64,000 nt of DNA, filler included, from Piptocephalis cylindrospora (GCA_003614145.1; 3 parts of 3 records of this genome joined end to end with filler, not necessarily neighbours in it); one strand, 5' to 3'. Shown: positions 1 through 13,440, counted from the first letter of the whole stretch. Notes: generated from the sequence alone by a model not told the origin. A program made the numbers and translations.

Positions 1-2271
1 GCCTGCGAGTTTATCCAAAAAGTACCCTGTAAGTCTCTTTCCCATGTCCAAGGCGTATACAGGGGCGGAATGCATTTTTTTCTGATTTGATCTAACCCTC
101 TCCTCCCTTTCCCTCCAAAATACCCTTTTTTCCATGGAAATTCAGTGGCTGCTGAAGAAGTATTCCGCATTGGCTCCACTTCACCGGCCGCCATGTTATA
201 TGACGCCCTGGATCACTTTGACGTATGTGCGCTGCTAATCATCCTGTGCCTGTTGCCCTTGAAACCTCATGGCACCTCACTTACATATTCTCTCCACAAT
301 TCGTCATCCCTTAGAATGGTAATCCAAAGGCCGAGGAGCACATCCGGGCCATTCGTGTCGATCTACCTGAGGCAGTGGATCGGTGCTTGGAGGCTGCTGG
401 GCATGAGTGGTCTCCATACTACCAGCAAGTGTTACTGAGGGCTGCTTCCCTAGGAAAATCCTTCCTGGATGCATACAGTGCCGATGCCATGGTCAGTATG
501 TGTCAGACTCTTCGAGTTCTCAATGCTGTTCGCGCTCCCGAGATTGGCATTACTCTTACGATGACGCAGTACGTTGAGTCTTTTTTCCCCTCTACAAATA
601 ACCTTATCTGTCTCTTTCTGATCAAACTCCATATTCTTTTGCAGGTACAAGCACATAAAGGTGGATGGGTTGCTCAAGTGTCTAACCGCTCGTTTTCTTC
701 ATCTCTTGGCCCTACGCATCTGCCACTTCCTCCGTCAAAGTCCTGACTCTGTTTTGGTCGACTGGGCCTGTGCTAAAATTCGGACTTCCAGAAGCCCCGA
801 AGAAACTGTATGCAGACAGATCGTGGAGAAGCTTGCTCAGAGTCCCGGCCTCTCCTATGCCCCTGTTGCCGAAATCGCCTTGACCCTGGGGCACCGGCGG
901 CTCGCCTCTAGGCTTCTGGAGCATGAGCCCAAGGCTGCCGATCAAGTCCCCTTACTCCTGGGTATGGATGAACATAACCTTGCCCTGGACCGGGCCATTG
1001 ATAGTGCTGATGCTGATCTTGGTAAGGTTAGAGGAAGGGAAGGGTCAGCAACTACGTATCCGCCATCTCACCTGCCATATCCACGACCCTTTTGCCTCCT
1101 GCCCTCAGTGTATCATACCCTCTTCTATCTGCAAAAGAAACTCCCCCTTGCTGAGTTTCTACGTATGATTGAGGGCAAGGAGATGGCCTGTCGCCTCCTC
1201 ATCCATTATTCCCGACATCAGGACCATGACCTTCTCAAGGATTATTACTTTCAAGCGGATGACCGGGCCGGCACAGGACGGCTTCTAGTAGAAGAGGCCC
1301 TGGAAGAGGTGGTAAGGGACTTGCATACCCTTCCCACCCTTTACCCCATTCCCCGTTGACCCCATCACATTTCCTGAGGATAGGGCCAAGGAGAGATAAA
1401 GCAAGGATTGGATCGGCTACAACAGGCTTCCAAGCAATTTGGTAAAGGAAACGCATTCTATGCCAAGGTACATACCTCTCGATGAGCATGGGGGGCTCGA
1501 AGAGGTCCTGATGAAGGCTCTTCCCACCAACCCTCACCTCATCTCCGCTTTTCTCCTACCGTATAACCCATAGTGTACTGAGGATCAACAAAAGCTCCTG
1601 AAGCTACAGGAATCTCTTCAAAAAGAAGGCTCTGGCCAATTCATTGGTCTATCCGTCATTGATACTCTTTACAAGTGTCTTTTCCAGGGTCTAAGCAGTC
1701 GTGCTAGCAAAATTCGATCCGATTTCAAGGTCAGTGTAGAGAAGGTCTCTTTTTCTCTTCTTTTGTCCCACTTACCCCTTCAATGATCAGGTCTCCGAGC
1801 GTCGGTATTGGTGGACTGCTCTACGTGCTCATGTCGCCTCCAGAGATTGGGAGGCGCTGGAGAGACTAGCCAGTGTAAAGAAGCCGCCCATCCCCTATGA
1901 ATCCTTTGTTGATGAGTGTCTTAATGCCCAGCACGCCTCAGAGGCCAAAAAGTATGTGGTCAAGTGTGATCCACGCACCAGGCCTGGTCTGTATGTTCGA
2001 GTTGGTGCCCTGAAGGAGGCTGCCGACGCCGCTTATTCTTTGAAGGACCCTGTTATGCTAAGGTACGTGAGGATGATAGGGAAAAGTGGTGAAAAAGGAC
2101 TTCCTTTGGCCTGATTCATTTTCCATTCCTTTTACTCATACTTGATTTAATACTCTCTCTCACTCTTTCCCTTAAAACAGAGAGGTACAAGACGTATGTA
2201 AGCAGCAGCCAGGAGATCGGAACCAATTGGTCCAAGAGATCTCGGTGATGCTCGCTCAGTTGCAAAAGTAA
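1..2271 (+). CDS. VPS16: Vacuolar protein sorting 16 (HOPS/CORVET subunit), 5'-partial, multi-exon
   Basis: Spliced exons give typical Vps16 segments (VFRIGSTSPAAMLYDA; LLRAASLGKSF; LRVLNAVRAPEIGI; LVDWACAKI; LLEHEPKAADQVPLLL; RYWWTALRA; PIPYESFV). GT-AG introns; stop TAA at 2269-2271. Confidence 0.93.
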
Positions 2272-2425
2272 CCCAGATGTCATTCTTTCCCCACTCCGAC
2301 CCTCATCATATACTCCCCTTTCATTTCCCCCGCCCACGCTCCCGCCTCTCCCTCCTTATCAATGGGTATATATGTATATTCTCGAAGACAGAGATAAGTC
2401 TGGTATCATGGTTTTTCGAGGAAAT

Positions 2426-4586
2426 TCATGGGACAAGCTTCCCCTCGGAGATTTCCAGGATGATCTTCCGTCGAAGCATCTGCATATCTTGCTGTGCATA
2501 GGTGAGCGGGGCATTCCTGGAAAGGAACTCGGCAGCCATGATAGTAAATACTCCGCAGTCATATCCATTCATCTGGGCCGGGCAATCCTAGAAAAAGACG
2601 AACCAGGCAAAAGTGAAAAAGATGAAAACCTGAAAGGATGAAGAGGACAAGACGTACCATTTCAAAGACAATTCGCCACTGGGACATGTCCAAAGGCTCT
2701 TTTTTCTTCTCCAAGTGCTCCTCTGCCAAATAATCACTCAGTGCCTGTTTATATAGTGGGACAGTCAGAGAGCACGAACCATTATTCCTGCTTACCCCAG
2801 TCTCAAACTATGCAAACAACCTACTGTAACAGTCGTATGATCTTCTTTGTGCATTGAATCATAATAGGCAATGATCTTATCTGGCACGTGAATGGCTGCC
2901 AGGGTCCAGTGCATGCCCAGGTGGCAAGGAATGAGAATCAGCTCCTGGGCAAAGATGTCAACCTATTACGACCATCCACAGAGATCACCGGAAACCATAA
3001 GATTATGAGATGATTCAAAATTATCCCTTAGGAGTAGCTCTTACCTTCTTTGTCCATTTCTTCACCCCTGCATAACCTTTATCGATTAATTTCTTCCTGA
3101 AGAAAGTATTGAAGCAGTGTACTTTAGGGAAGGTTGGAGTGGAGGTTGCAGAAGAAGCGGACGGGGAAGCAATGAATAAGGCTTCGGATTGCGTCTTTGC
3201 CCTCTCCGCCACCAACTGAAGATAAAAGTTAACAATCTCGTCATTTAGCCATTGTCGGGGGGCCAGGGTCTGTAGGTCTTCCCGAGCAATTTCGATGTTA
3301 AACTTGTCCACGACGACTCCCCCTTGTCGGATCACATTGGATACCTGATTAAGGGACGAGTAGTATGAGGGTGTGAGTGGATGCCTTTTTAGCCACTGTA
3401 CGATCCCTCTCCTGGAAAGGTGCCAACAACGACGGCGCAATTGTACCTACCGTTGCCTCCTCCGATTCAGTTAGAGGGTCAAGACGAGTCGATGGGATCA
3501 TTCGAGTCCTAGCCAAGGCGATCCTCCTCTTCTGCCTCGCTCGCTCCCTCGCAGACCTACTTTCCCCCTTTCGCCCAGAGACAAGGAGCTGCTTTTCAAT
3601 CTGTCGACTAAGGTCATGCAAATCATCCTCTACCTCGCTTTCCGACTCAAGTGAGTATGTGGATCCCAAGCTACTGCCCAACGCCTCCACCGATGCCTCC
3701 TCCTCCTCCTCTTGGCGTTGCTCGCCCGGCCTTAACAATCGCCTCTTCTCCTTTCTTTTAATTCTTGTCCCTACCAGACCATGTACGAATAGGATGAAAA
3801 AGAGATATTATTAATATTTCCTTTGTGTATTCTATCAAGATACATCTTCCATTAGCCTATCCTCTTACCTTTAGGAGACTTGTATACTTGTTCTGCGTAC
3901 GATACAAGACCTGTCAATTGAAAAGGGAGATATTTAAACATGGCGATTAGCGGGATGAAGATGAAAAGGATAAATTCCCTAGTCATTCCCTTAACCCTCT
4001 GAGAAAAAAATGCAACAAAAGTGGAGCGTACCTTCCAAGTCAACTCCATCTTCATTCCCACCGCTTGATTCGGGATATTCCTTCATCATACGTTCCAACC
4101 ACTGCTTGGTATCCTACAGAGAGCGAAAAAGGCCGGTTTGGAGGGAGTCAAATGTCATTGAATCTTATGGATGAATGCTCATAGACACCACTTATCACAC
4201 ACCCAATGGTGCTTACTTGATATCTAGCTCGGTTGGCCCGACGTCGTTTTCTCTTTTTATCAGTCCTGTAAATTCTTTCCTTCGTCAGTTGCGATGGCTC
4301 TAGGCCAAGGATGTGCGGGGAGGAGGAAGATGCGACTTCAGTTTCTAGCTTCCTTCTAACGGAGGCTGAACTGAAGGGGGAAGGCCGGGAGGGGAAAAGG
4401 CCGGGGGAAAGCTGCCCAGGTGGGCACTGCGACTTGGGTTCGGGAAGTTTGGGTATCCGGTAAATCCTTCTCGAGGAAGCCACTGAGTCCAGAGGTCTCA
4501 TGAGGAAGAGAATGGGAGAAAGGAAAAAGAGAAAGGGACACTAAAGACGAAAGGAGTGGGAAGAGGACAAAGCTGGGTAAGGCCAT
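2426..4586 (-). CDS. ULP1: ULP1/SENP-type SUMO protease (peptidase C48), multi-exon; start codon uncertain (4501 or 4586)
   Basis: WLNDEIVNFY, HCFNTFF, GYAGVKKWTKK, IPCHLGMHWTLA (catalytic His), YYDS (Asp) and QMNGYDCGVF (Cys) across minus-strand exons; stop TGA at 2426-2428; low-complexity N-terminus. Confidence 0.9.
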
Positions 4587-5162
4587 CTCCGCCAGACCTA
4601 GAAATACCAGACCAAAACAAATCCATCATTTCCAGCTGAAGCTACCCATCTCGCCTCGTCTGAACAGATGAGGCTCTCAAGGGCAATGCAGGTTTCCAAA
4701 ACACTCTCACTAGTTTATACAATGATCAAAACCAAAGAAACAGAGGACTAATTTAAAGAAATGTCGATTTTTTGGTTTGGGAGTAGCAATGACGAGGGTA
4801 ATTGAAAAGGAGCTAAGCAGAGCATCTTTACTCTCTAAAATCCAATTGAGGCTCTGCTCCTATAGGAAAACTATGAGATTATCTTTGATTCTAGCCAAGA
4901 ATCAAGCCACATTAGACATCTCTATCGCCACCATCATCACCCTGACTACCTTATAAGAAGCCCCGATGGCGGCATCAATAATTGAAGATAGGCGCTAATA
5001 AAGCGTCATCAAATATTACTCTATGGCACCCCTCTACATCGTCCGTTTCCTCAATATGAAACCATCGACACCGTACCTTTTCCCAGATCGAAAAGTACCG
5101 CTAAATCTGACTTTGTAGTATATACTAGCTATATATAAATCTGCAGAATAGTATTTTCTGTC

Positions 5163-5235
5163 GGTCGTATGGCCCAATGGATAAGGCGTCCGCCTACGGA
5201 GCGGAAGATTCCAGGTTCGATCCCTGGTACGATCA
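5163..5235 (+). tRNA. tRNA-Arg (anticodon ACG), intronless
   Basis: Cloverleaf: acceptor GGTCGTA/TACGATC, D-arm with TGG, anticodon stem TCCGC/GCGGA with loop CTACGGA, T-arm CCAGG-TTCGATC-CCTGG; followed by TTTT (Pol III terminator). Confidence 0.96.
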
Positions 5236-5462
5236 CTTTTGTCCTCTTCCTGTTTTCTTTTGGACTCGTCCATCTTGTGTGTGGAAGTGGTTTGTCAGCA
5301 ATGACGCGAGTAATGATTGTTAAAAGGGACAGTAGGGGAGAGGGGCGTGTGCTCCAGACTGCTTTGTCCGTTCAGTTTCCCACCCACAGCACTCCTTGTC
5401 TCTTTTTGCTCCTTACCTCTAACTCCCGGCATCCTACCATCCCTAGCGAAAATTACTTCCTT

Positions 5463-7906
5463 ATGGCCTCTTTTCTCCCGCAAGACGTTCTACCAACCGA
5501 TAAGGAACAAGATGACTTACGCATTCAAGGAGTGCAATGGGCCTTAGGGAACGGACTGGTGATCTTGCCGCGTTCGACTTTGGGGTCTGAGATAGACGGG
5601 GCCATTACCGTCCATGCACCCTTTTCACTTCTTCCCACACCCTTCCCTAAAGGATGCTTTAAGGAAGCCCTGGCGCTACAGCCGATTATTAATGCACTGG
5701 TCGATCGTGTTGCTCAGGATGATGAGTATATCTCCAAGATCATGGAAAGGTAGACGAAAAGATGGGCTCTATGTTATTTTAGAGGTGAGTGGCCGCTTAT
5801 ATCAGCCTATTTCCTTTTGGTAGTGTCATCAAGGTAGATCCCTTTACCGCTCGAATGTACCAACTCTACAAGGAGACTCATGAGATCGCTCATGCTCGTA
5901 AGGTAAGTGGTAGGATTGTTGTGTATATTGAACGATACTTGTGTTCGTCTAGCTCATTATTTATGATGGAACCTTTACTCCCCATATTTTGGGTTAATTC
6001 GGGTCGCTCCCCTGCTTTTCTTTAGGCATGTACTCTCGGGATCCTGCGGTCGGATTACTTGCTGCACCAGGAGACCCAAGAGTCGTCCTCCGTTACCATA
6101 CGTCAAGTTGAAGTCAATACGATCGCCGCTTCGTTTGCCGTACTTTCCGAGAAAACAACACTCCTTCATCGGTGAGGCTTGCAGGATTCATGGCCAAGGG
6201 CCAGTACTCTTTTTTTTTCATACTAAGTGTTGATTTACTATGATCACTCACTCTGGTTTTTCCCCTCTTCCCTTCCTTTCCTTTTTTGTTTTTCAATTCA
6301 ATGTCTTGACTAGATATCTCGACAAGTATAGAGGCGATGGACAAGAAAAAGCGATCGGAGCAGGAATTAACTCGTCTTTACCAGACAACCAATCGGCCCA
6401 CAACATTGCTCAGGCTCTGCATAAAGCCAATGAACTCTCCTTTGGATCAGAAAAGTATGTGCATCTATATCCATTCTGTACCGCTATCTATTAGAAGACT
6501 TTATGGGGCGCCTGACTCATATCTCGGCTCACCCCCTAAATCTTAAACCATCATTGAATCCTCCCCTTTAGATTGGGCTACCTGTTAATGGTGGTTCAGC
6601 CTGAAGAACGCAATATCTTTGACCAGCGGGGGATTGAACATGCACTTCTTGAATGCTCGTAGGTTTCACCTTTTTTCCCGCGGTTGGGAGGACACTTTTG
6701 TATATTTCGAGATGTCTTTAGCTAACCAGGGGGGTTGAATTTTTTTATTAGGACCAAGGGTGTAGGACCGGGAATTAGGGCAATTCGATGCTCCTTGAAG
6801 GAGCTCGGGGAAGAAGCATCTTTGCAACCCGAGACAAACCATTTGTTCTTGTAAGCCTTAGAAAACACTATAAGAAGTTAAAACCTTAATTAACTTGGCC
6901 CATTCTCCTGATCTAAAAACACCCTTTTCTTCATAGCCGTGGGCATCACATTCAAATAGTTTACTACCGATCAGGATATACACCAGAGGATTACTCAGCC
7001 GAAGGCCCTTCGGAGGTGGCCTGGGAGGGAAGGAAGAAGGTGGAACTTTCCACAGCCATCCCATGTCCCTCTGCAGCGTATCACTTGGTTGGGGCCAAGA
7101 AGATGCAACAAGAGCTGGCCTGTCCTGGAATCCTGGAAAGGTCTGTAAAAATTGGGTATTGTGGGTGAGGGATATGTGTTATTTCGTACACTCATCTGGT
7201 TTATCACGGGGGAATATAGGTTCATTCCCGAGAATAATGATGTCAAGAGGATGAGATCATCCTTTGCCGGGCTTTATCCTTTGGATGATACAGCCGAAGG
7301 GGAGGCTGCTGTCAGTATGGCCCTAAAAAATCCTGAGGGATATGTGATGAAGCCTCAGCGGGAAGGAGGAGGTAAGCATTATGGTGCGAGTGAGGTCGGA
7401 ACGATAGCTTTGAGCCTATGCCCAATGACTACTATCAAAAGTAACCAATGGCCTTATGGCCCATTATCCCTTCTGATACAGGAAATAACATTTACGGCCA
7501 GGATATTCCCAAGATGCTGCAGAATCTAACGGTGAGGGATAGGGGTGCGTACATTCTGATGGATTTAATCAAACCCCCCAGAGCTCAGGGCTTGATGGTG
7601 AGGGAGGGGACAGTCCACGAAGATGAGGTAGTTAGTGAACTTGGGGTGTATGGGACGATTGTGAGGTAGGTTGTATGAGGCGGAATCAAAGATGGGCATG
7701 AGTGTATCTTTGGGTGGGCTTTGGAGGTGATTTCAACCCGTCCTAAATTCCATATTTATTGGTACGGTGGCTGTAGGATGCATCAGTCCGGGGAAATGGC
7801 CGTTAATGGAATCGCTGGGCATCTCCTGAGGACCAAGGGAGCCGAGACTCGGGAGGGGGGAGTGGCGGTTGGGTTTGCGGTGATGGACAGCCCTCGTCTA
7901 TTCTAG
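5463..7906 (+). CDS. GSH2: Glutathione synthetase (eukaryotic type), multi-exon
   Basis: [94 protein letters not shown]...[18 protein letters not shown] introns. Confidence 0.96.
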
Positions 7907-8663
7907 AGGGTAGTCAATGGTCTAGCGTTTGCCTGTTTCCAGATCTGCGATAAGAGGAATGAGATTGATGCTTTTTGCATGAATTTAATTATTCTATGTC
8001 TTGCTTTTTTGGGCCGCCACTCGAGGGCTAATAATGAATGTCATGACTTGCTTTGAAAACTCATTCATTTTCTAGCCTCCATGCGACTATATTACTCTGT
8101 GTAGTGAACGTCAATGGTTTACCAACCTGGCTTCATGACCATCTAAATCCCTAGGACTGATGTTTCCGATTTTGGGTAAAATTTCAGAAAGAACAAGCAC
8201 ATGGACTACTGTATGCCAAGAATTCAAGGTGCGATGCTATGTGTGGATGGCAGCTTGATCAACATGAGTCATGCCAGTTGTACACCTTGCTTCTCAAATC
8301 TCACAGATCGGTCTGGCCTTGGAGGAGTGCTCTACTATTCCACATGTAGAGTACTCCGCTCATTTAGAGGAGATGAGAGGGAGGGGCGACTGGCTGGTTG
8401 GCTGAATTGATCGAATGCAATGGGCAGTAAATGAATGCCCCTCTCTGTCCACTCCCATCCATTCACCAAAGTCACCAACTGCTGTCTCTTATATATAGGG
8501 AGGACGATTGGCGCAATCTCCCCCACTTCATTATCTTTGCATCTTTTCTCCTTCGTGCCCCTCCGCCGCTCCCTTGTTGCTCTACTCTTATCTACCTTTC
8601 GTTTCCTAGTGACTATCCTCCAGAAGACCTACATTCTAATTCTTGAACAACCGACTCTTCAGT

Positions 8664-9482
8664 ATGGACCATAAGCAAGACATGGACCGCAAGTACGACT
8701 ACCCTGCTTCTCCCGCGCTTACCTCTGGCCCTCCGCTCCCTACCTCGACCGGTCCTACCCAGGCTCATGTGCCCGTGACTACCCCAGGCCCTAGTACTCA
8801 AGCTTCCTATGTCGCTCCGCCCCACCACCCCCCTGTACACCAGGATGGCTTTCCTGTGAAGACACAGACTATGCCCGAGCCCGAGATTACGCCCATGCCC
8901 TCAGTTGACACTTCCAGCTCGGCTTTTATTGACCCCAAGTATCCACCACCACCCAACCCACCCCAGGCTCCGTCCCAGGCCCACTCATCCCTTGGACATG
9001 CCTTTTCCCCATCCTCCCCCTCGGCCGCTGGACATAATCCGTATTTTGAAGCCAAGCATCCTGTACAAGCTACTCCGTCCTCTCATGCAGCTTACTCTCC
9101 TCAAGCCCACCAACCTTCTCCATACGCCGCCGCCAACACCAACACCTCTTACAGCACGCCTCCTGCGACCTATCCAACCCCTCCCACCCCGGTGTACGCA
9201 GCGGAGACCACGACTAGCAACCCTCACCTAGAGAAGCCAGCAGAAAATGCTAGTTATTATGGGGCCCAGCCAGCCTACCATCAAGGGCAAGGTCATCCCA
9301 ACAACACTGATCGTCCGGGATATGGCTATGGCGGTGCGGGCCCCTATCCAATGCAAATGCAGCAGCCTCAGGTGATTATGATGCAGCAGGCTCCAGCGCA
9401 GAAACCATCTGGGAGTGATGGCCTCTGTATGGGTCTTGGGGCAGGCTTGTGCTTTTGTTGCCTCCTGGACGCCATATTTTAA
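8664..9482 (+). CDS. Pro/Gln/Tyr-rich protein with C-terminal cysteine-rich transmembrane (CYSTM-like) anchor
   Basis: Single exon, low-complexity P/S/Y/Q body ending GLCMGLGAGLCFCCLLDAIF; TATA-like TATATA and pyrimidine-rich leader upstream. Confidence 0.8.
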   Translation: MDHKQDMDRKYDYPASPALTSGPPLPTSTGPTQAHVPVTTPGPSTQASYVAPPHHPPVHQDGFPVKTQTMPEPEITPMPSVDTSSSAFIDPKYPPPPNPPQAPSQAHSSLGHAFSPSSPSAAGHNPYFEAKHPVQATPSSHAAYSPQAHQPSPYAAANTNTSYSTPPATYPTPPTPVYAAETTTSNPHLEKPAENASYYGAQPAYHQGQGHPNNTDRPGYGYGGAGPYPMQMQQPQVIMMQQAPAQKPSGSDGLCMGLGAGLCFCCLLDAIF

Positions 9483-9813
9483 GGGCTTCTTTCTCCCTTT
9501 TTCCTTCCTGCTCTGATTTTAGGAATGGTGGTGTGTTTCTAGGTTGTCTTCACACATCATCTCTTCCTCCTCGTCTATACAAATATACATTGATCTCTTT
9601 TTATTTTACGGGTGAACTAGATGGGCTTCCATAAATTTTAGCCACCTTTTACTCCGGATAATCGTATTATTGGATGTGTGAGGCATAAAGGGAAATCTGA
9701 AAACAGCGATTGGGAATTGTCGATTGATCATTGATCATTTGTTATTTTTGATAGAATGCATGTTCATCAGCCTATGAAGAGGTTCGTTTGGACCTGGATG
9801 CCACAATCTCCTG

Positions 9814-10345
9814 TCAAGCCGCCGAGCTGATCTTGAGAACGGGTAAGATATCTTCTACAAGCAATCCGTATTCTCCGAGTGCATGGGGACGTAGCATATG
9901 CCCGAGTAGGATCCACAATGCAATATGAGCCATAGGGTAGAATAGGAGTGTAAAGGTGGCGATGGAGATGAAAGGTCCGATAAGGAGAGAGATACTAGTG
10001 AAGGCCAGGAGATGTCGAAGCTGAAAGAGCTTTTCCTCATACATATTGTGCTGAAGCCGAAAAACAGAGTGTATGATCCAAAGAAGGGTAGCTATGTGGA
10101 AGAGGAGCATGCTCCTGACATGTATCTGATAGGGTGAATGCTTGGATACCACAGAAGCACCCTGTCCACCGTCACCCGAAGAAACTTCACTAAATCTTCA
10201 TTGAGATATCCTATGGATCATACCAAGCTTGTGCGAGATAATACTCAGGTCAGGCATACAGTATAAGCCACATGCGCTAATCTAAATGCTGATGAAGGCC
10301 AAGAAGAGGGCAGCAATTGAAAGAGAACCGACAGAGAAATAGGAA
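9814..10345 (-). pseudogene. Degenerate hydrophobic (membrane-protein-like) reading frame
   Basis: The 112-aa hydrophobic ORF 9814-10152 continues upstream in the same frame (SYFSVGSLSIAALFLAFISI*ISACG...RISQ*RFSEV) through stops at 10282-10284 (TAG) and 10198-10200 (TGA). Confidence 0.4.
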
Positions 10346-10829
10346 GAGTGATGGAATAAAGTAAAGAATATTGTTGGGGGGATTGAAAAATCCACTAAAG
10401 AAGGAAAAAGTGAGTGAGTTTGTGAGGGAATGTAAATCTTTTAAATTTTGTGTTGCGTGCACTTGTAGGAAACGGAAAGCAATTATACTTTTCTCAAATA
10501 TACATTTACTATTTATCATTATTTGCGCACCTGGATTACCCTTACTGTAATCTGCACGATCGGGCCTCATTAGGACATATACGCAATGACGGGGCGTCGC
10601 AGACGCCAACCAAGGTTCCATGGGGCCTTGCATGGATCTAATTAGCCAAGCAGTCCCTTCCAGGATGATCGGAGTGTAGTTCATGAACAAGAGCGAGAAA
10701 GGAACACATTAGACATACAAGTGCACTAATCTCCACAGACCATCAAAGCAGAATCACATTATCAAAAAATAATTCAATTCGTCACGCTATCCAAAAGACC
10801 TAGGTATTTTCCATCCCGAGAAGAATGAC

Positions 10830-12703
10830 CTAGAGCAAGGGATGGAAATGCATGGAGCGCCGTCGAAACATGGCTTCCTTAAAGGAATTAACCACGTCCT
10901 TGATTTCCTGGGCCTTCGAGGAAGCCTCAGGAGAAGATGGAAACATGCTGTATAGACTGGACTGCCAAAAATTTTTCCGGGACGACGAGTAAAGAGTGTC
11001 AATGAAGTCGGTGAGACTATCATATATATCACTCGGAATATTTAATGATGGGCTATGCGCACCAAGGAGTGAGTAGCTCGGGGGGATTTCGAGTCTTAAT
11101 GGCGCTGAATATTTAGAGCTCCAAAATGCCTTCAGGGAGTGATGTAAGACCTCAATTATACTGGAGGCCAGTTGGGCTGGTTCAGTTTTAATCAGTGTTA
11201 AGAGGGCGAAGGAGTAAAAAGCCAAACGTTTGCCAAATGCTTTCTTCATGTCTTTGGAATGACAATTTACCCAGGAATCAATAAGTTCGTGATACCGGCG
11301 GAGCAGTGTTACTTCTGATCTGAACGAATCTTTGGGAACCCGAGTTTGTAATGCCTCCACGTACCATCTCACGGTGAGTCTGACCATAAGTTTATAGGAT
11401 TGAACCACCCAAAGGTTGTTATCTGTAGTCAAGCCGGTTGCATGGAAAATGTACTTGTTTGATTGGTTGATCGAATGAGAAACAGCTGGACTTTCCTTGG
11501 ACAAGGCATCCACAGCATCCACGAATGTAAATACCATCTTTTCTCTCTTCCTTTCTTCTTCGTTAATGGAAAATCCATTTCCCGGGCGTATTCTAGGTGA
11601 TAAAGAGTTGATCGAAGAGAAGGAATTAGCCGTCTCGAGGAATAATTTAGAGGCTTTCCGGTTTTTTTCCCAGAACATAGGCCCTTTGGAATGAATGACC
11701 TTGGCATAATGGTTTACAGACTTCTCACTAAATGATCCCTCGTGCAGAAAATGCATGCTGTCCAAGAGAAGTCGGCAGTGGACATCAAGAGAAGGTGGCG
11801 CCAGTCTGCCTTCGTGCAACTCTATCCAAATGATCAAGTTGGACAGGAAGGTATGCAGTCGATTCAAGGTGGGTATGTACATCTGAGCCATTCCATCAGT
11901 CCACACACTGCCGCTAAAGATTAGTGAGGGCCTCCAAGAGTGATAGCATGCCATCAGGATGGTTCCGCTGATAGAGTTGATGAAACGGTCAGTCGGTATC
12001 GCGTCCTGGTTTGTGAGATTACGAAAGAGTATCATCGACCAAGAGAGAGGAGATTCCACTTTTTTATGCACGACCCCAGGGCTGACCCAAAGGTTCAAAC
12101 TCTTAACTTGCTGACGGAATTCATTCTGAGAATAGGGTTGTTGAGATAGCCCAAGGAGCGAGCGTAACTGCTCCACCATTGCTGATACTGCTTCATTGAG
12201 CCCTTTACGTTTCTTTAAGTACATCCGGACCCATTTCCAGTATGCTGGGACGTCTTGGAGTACATCGTACAGCCACATGAAACACGTCTCAATATCTTCC
12301 ATTTCTCTAGGGCTCTTAACGGTATCTTTACGATGATAAAAGTCGGCTAGATTCGGGAGAGCAGGTAAAAGGGAGTAGATAGTAGTGATGGGGAAGATCT
12401 TCATTCGGGTGTCGCATAGGCGCATGGCGTACTCGACACTGTCCTTGGCTCGAGTATCGTCCAGGAGCGTCGTTGAAACTTGACGAGCCGCTTCCTCTGC
12501 GGCAGAAAGCATTGGCTTGGCTACAAGAGCTGTACGGTCATATTAAAATACGTACGTGAGTTGGATGATCATCGACTCAAGCAGTGTCCTTTTCCCACTA
12601 TTCATCATTCTTTACCTGAACCATGATGGACAGAGAAAACCTTGCTGGCCAAGGCCATGATTACCATGTTAGTTAGGAGAAAGGCGTAAATTGGGGATTT
12701 CAT
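10830..12703 (-). CDS. Orphan putative secreted protein (~595 aa), two exons
   Basis: Exon 12703-12616 encodes signal-peptide-like MKSPIYAFLLTNMVIMALASKVFS; GT-AG intron 12615-12530 splices in frame to the 560-aa ORF; no recognisable domain. Confidence 0.7.
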
Positions 12704-13334
12704 CAAAGAAGCAGAGGTATATTTTCGTATGAAAAATAGGAGAGAAAAAAAAGGAGAAGGTGGGAGGGAAGGGGGAAAAGCTTTGGAAAGTCTGAAGTGA
12801 TGAGATCAGGGCCCTTTTATTTGAAATGCTTGACACTTGTGGGATACTAATTTTCTTCTTCCATCGCATCTCAAGAATGGAACCTGAAACCCTGGGCAAG
12901 TTGATATGCTTTGTTGTCAATGCCACATCCTTTTCTCTCTCGCTTGAACTCTCCTCCAAAGCACAGGGTAAGCTCTTGTAAAGTGCGACTGTTCAACAAC
13001 CACGTGCTATGCAGCGGAATAACATGCCCCAGCCATAAGGCCAGAGACATCCAATCATGGGATGTACGATAGGATGAATCAATGGAACTGTGGGGAACTT
13101 GATGCCTGTGCATCGGAAGAATGGTGTCTCCAAAGAAGATGTGTACGTGTGTTACCAGAAGACATCAGGCAACTAGGAGGGCATGTACAGATGTAGGATC
13201 TGGGTCTAAAGGTAGTCTGATCACGGTATACAAACTTGAAAGATTATTCTAACACCGCGATCATCTGGGAGGGATATGAGAAAGTACAACACGGTGAGGA
13301 AAAGGGAATTCCCGCATTCTCGGGTTAGTCCTTT

Positions 13335-13440
13335 CGGTTCTCTCTTATTTCACACTTTTGATCCTCCCTTAGCCTGTGTCTCCGTTTGGTCTTTGATTCG
13401 CTTTTTGAAGCGTTTAGCTTGTTACATCAACAATGAACAA
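13335..13440. repeat. Diverged direct repeat, copy 1
   Basis: TTGATCCTCCCTTAGCCTGTGTC...TTGATTCGCTTTTTGAAGCGTTTAGCT aligns by eye to 14945-15050. Confidence 0.6.

Noticed and set aside
5034..5462. ORFs overlapping the tRNA (5169-5753 N-terminal part, 5034-5273)
   Set aside because: Translations of the tRNA and leader; GSH2 homology begins near ATG 5463.
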